Positions 40,733 through 40,915 of a DNA stretch of 40,915 nucleotides are shown one piece after another. Below the pieces are notes generated by a model. The model ran no database searches, was not told where the DNA came from, and saw only the letters and a list, made by a program, of their open reading frames with translations. Origin of the DNA: Planctomycetota bacterium (GTDB lineage Bacteria; Planctomycetota; Phycisphaerae; Sedimentisphaerales; Anaerobacaceae); contig JAAYBA010000147.1 of the NCBI GenBank assembly GCA_012719085.1, positions 1 to 40,915 on the forward strand, read 5' to 3'. Position 1 is the first letter of the stretch, and each line of letters starts with the position of its first letter. The position numbers were made by a program, and so were the translations under genes.

Positions 40733-40915
40733 TCGCGAACGACAGACCATCGCCGCCGTCGTGGTGACGTACAACCGCAAGGAGTTGTTGACGCGGTGCC
40801 TTGATGCCCTTCTGGCGCAAAGCCACCGACCCGACGCCATCTATATCATTGACAACGACTCGACGGACGGGACGTATGAAGACCTGCTGGACAGAGGGCT
40901 GATCGTCGCGCTTTC
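40725..40915 (+). CDS. Glycosyltransferase family 2 (possibly galactofuranosyltransferase), 5' part only
   Basis: Manual translation from GTG 40725: MADRERQTIAAVVVTYNRKELLTRCLDALLAQSHRPDAIYIIDNDSTDGT; runs off the window. Confidence 0.85.
   Translation, partial: MADRERQTIAAVVVTYNRKELLTRCLDALLAQSHRPDAIYIIDNDSTDGTYEDLLDRGLIVAL

Overview
GC-rich bacterial window, probably from a Planctomycetota (Phycisphaerae/Sedimentisphaerales-like) genome. That placement is inferred from the DUF1080, DUF1559/H-X9-DG prepilin-like, dockerin-like and ECF/ZAS proteins. Ordinary content: ilvB-ilvB-ilvN-DUF1080, a CPA2 antiporter, gyrA, holA, DUF1848, an LtaS-type sulfatase, an ArsR-MMPL-DUF2892-LolA-like-barrel operon, a crotonase-fold gene, a TetR-AcrAB-OMF efflux operon, tRNA-Ser(CGA), and the start of a wzx-glf-GT2 polysaccharide locus. 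The most striking region is 5.5-12 kb. A Sec-type secreted 600-aa protein carries an intact C39 peptidase triad. This is followed in the same chain by a double-glycine leader motif and an 84-aa core with 8 Cys and 8 Trp, making it a candidate self-processing peptide precursor. It is flanked by a dockerin-like protein, a DUF1559 prepilin-like protein and an ECF sigma whose anti-sigma has four ZAS zinc fingers. Two candidate non-coding RNAs were also found: a structured ilvB leader and a promoter/terminator-bounded anti-Shine-Dalgarno sRNA. All family calls come from motif recognition by eye; no searches were run.
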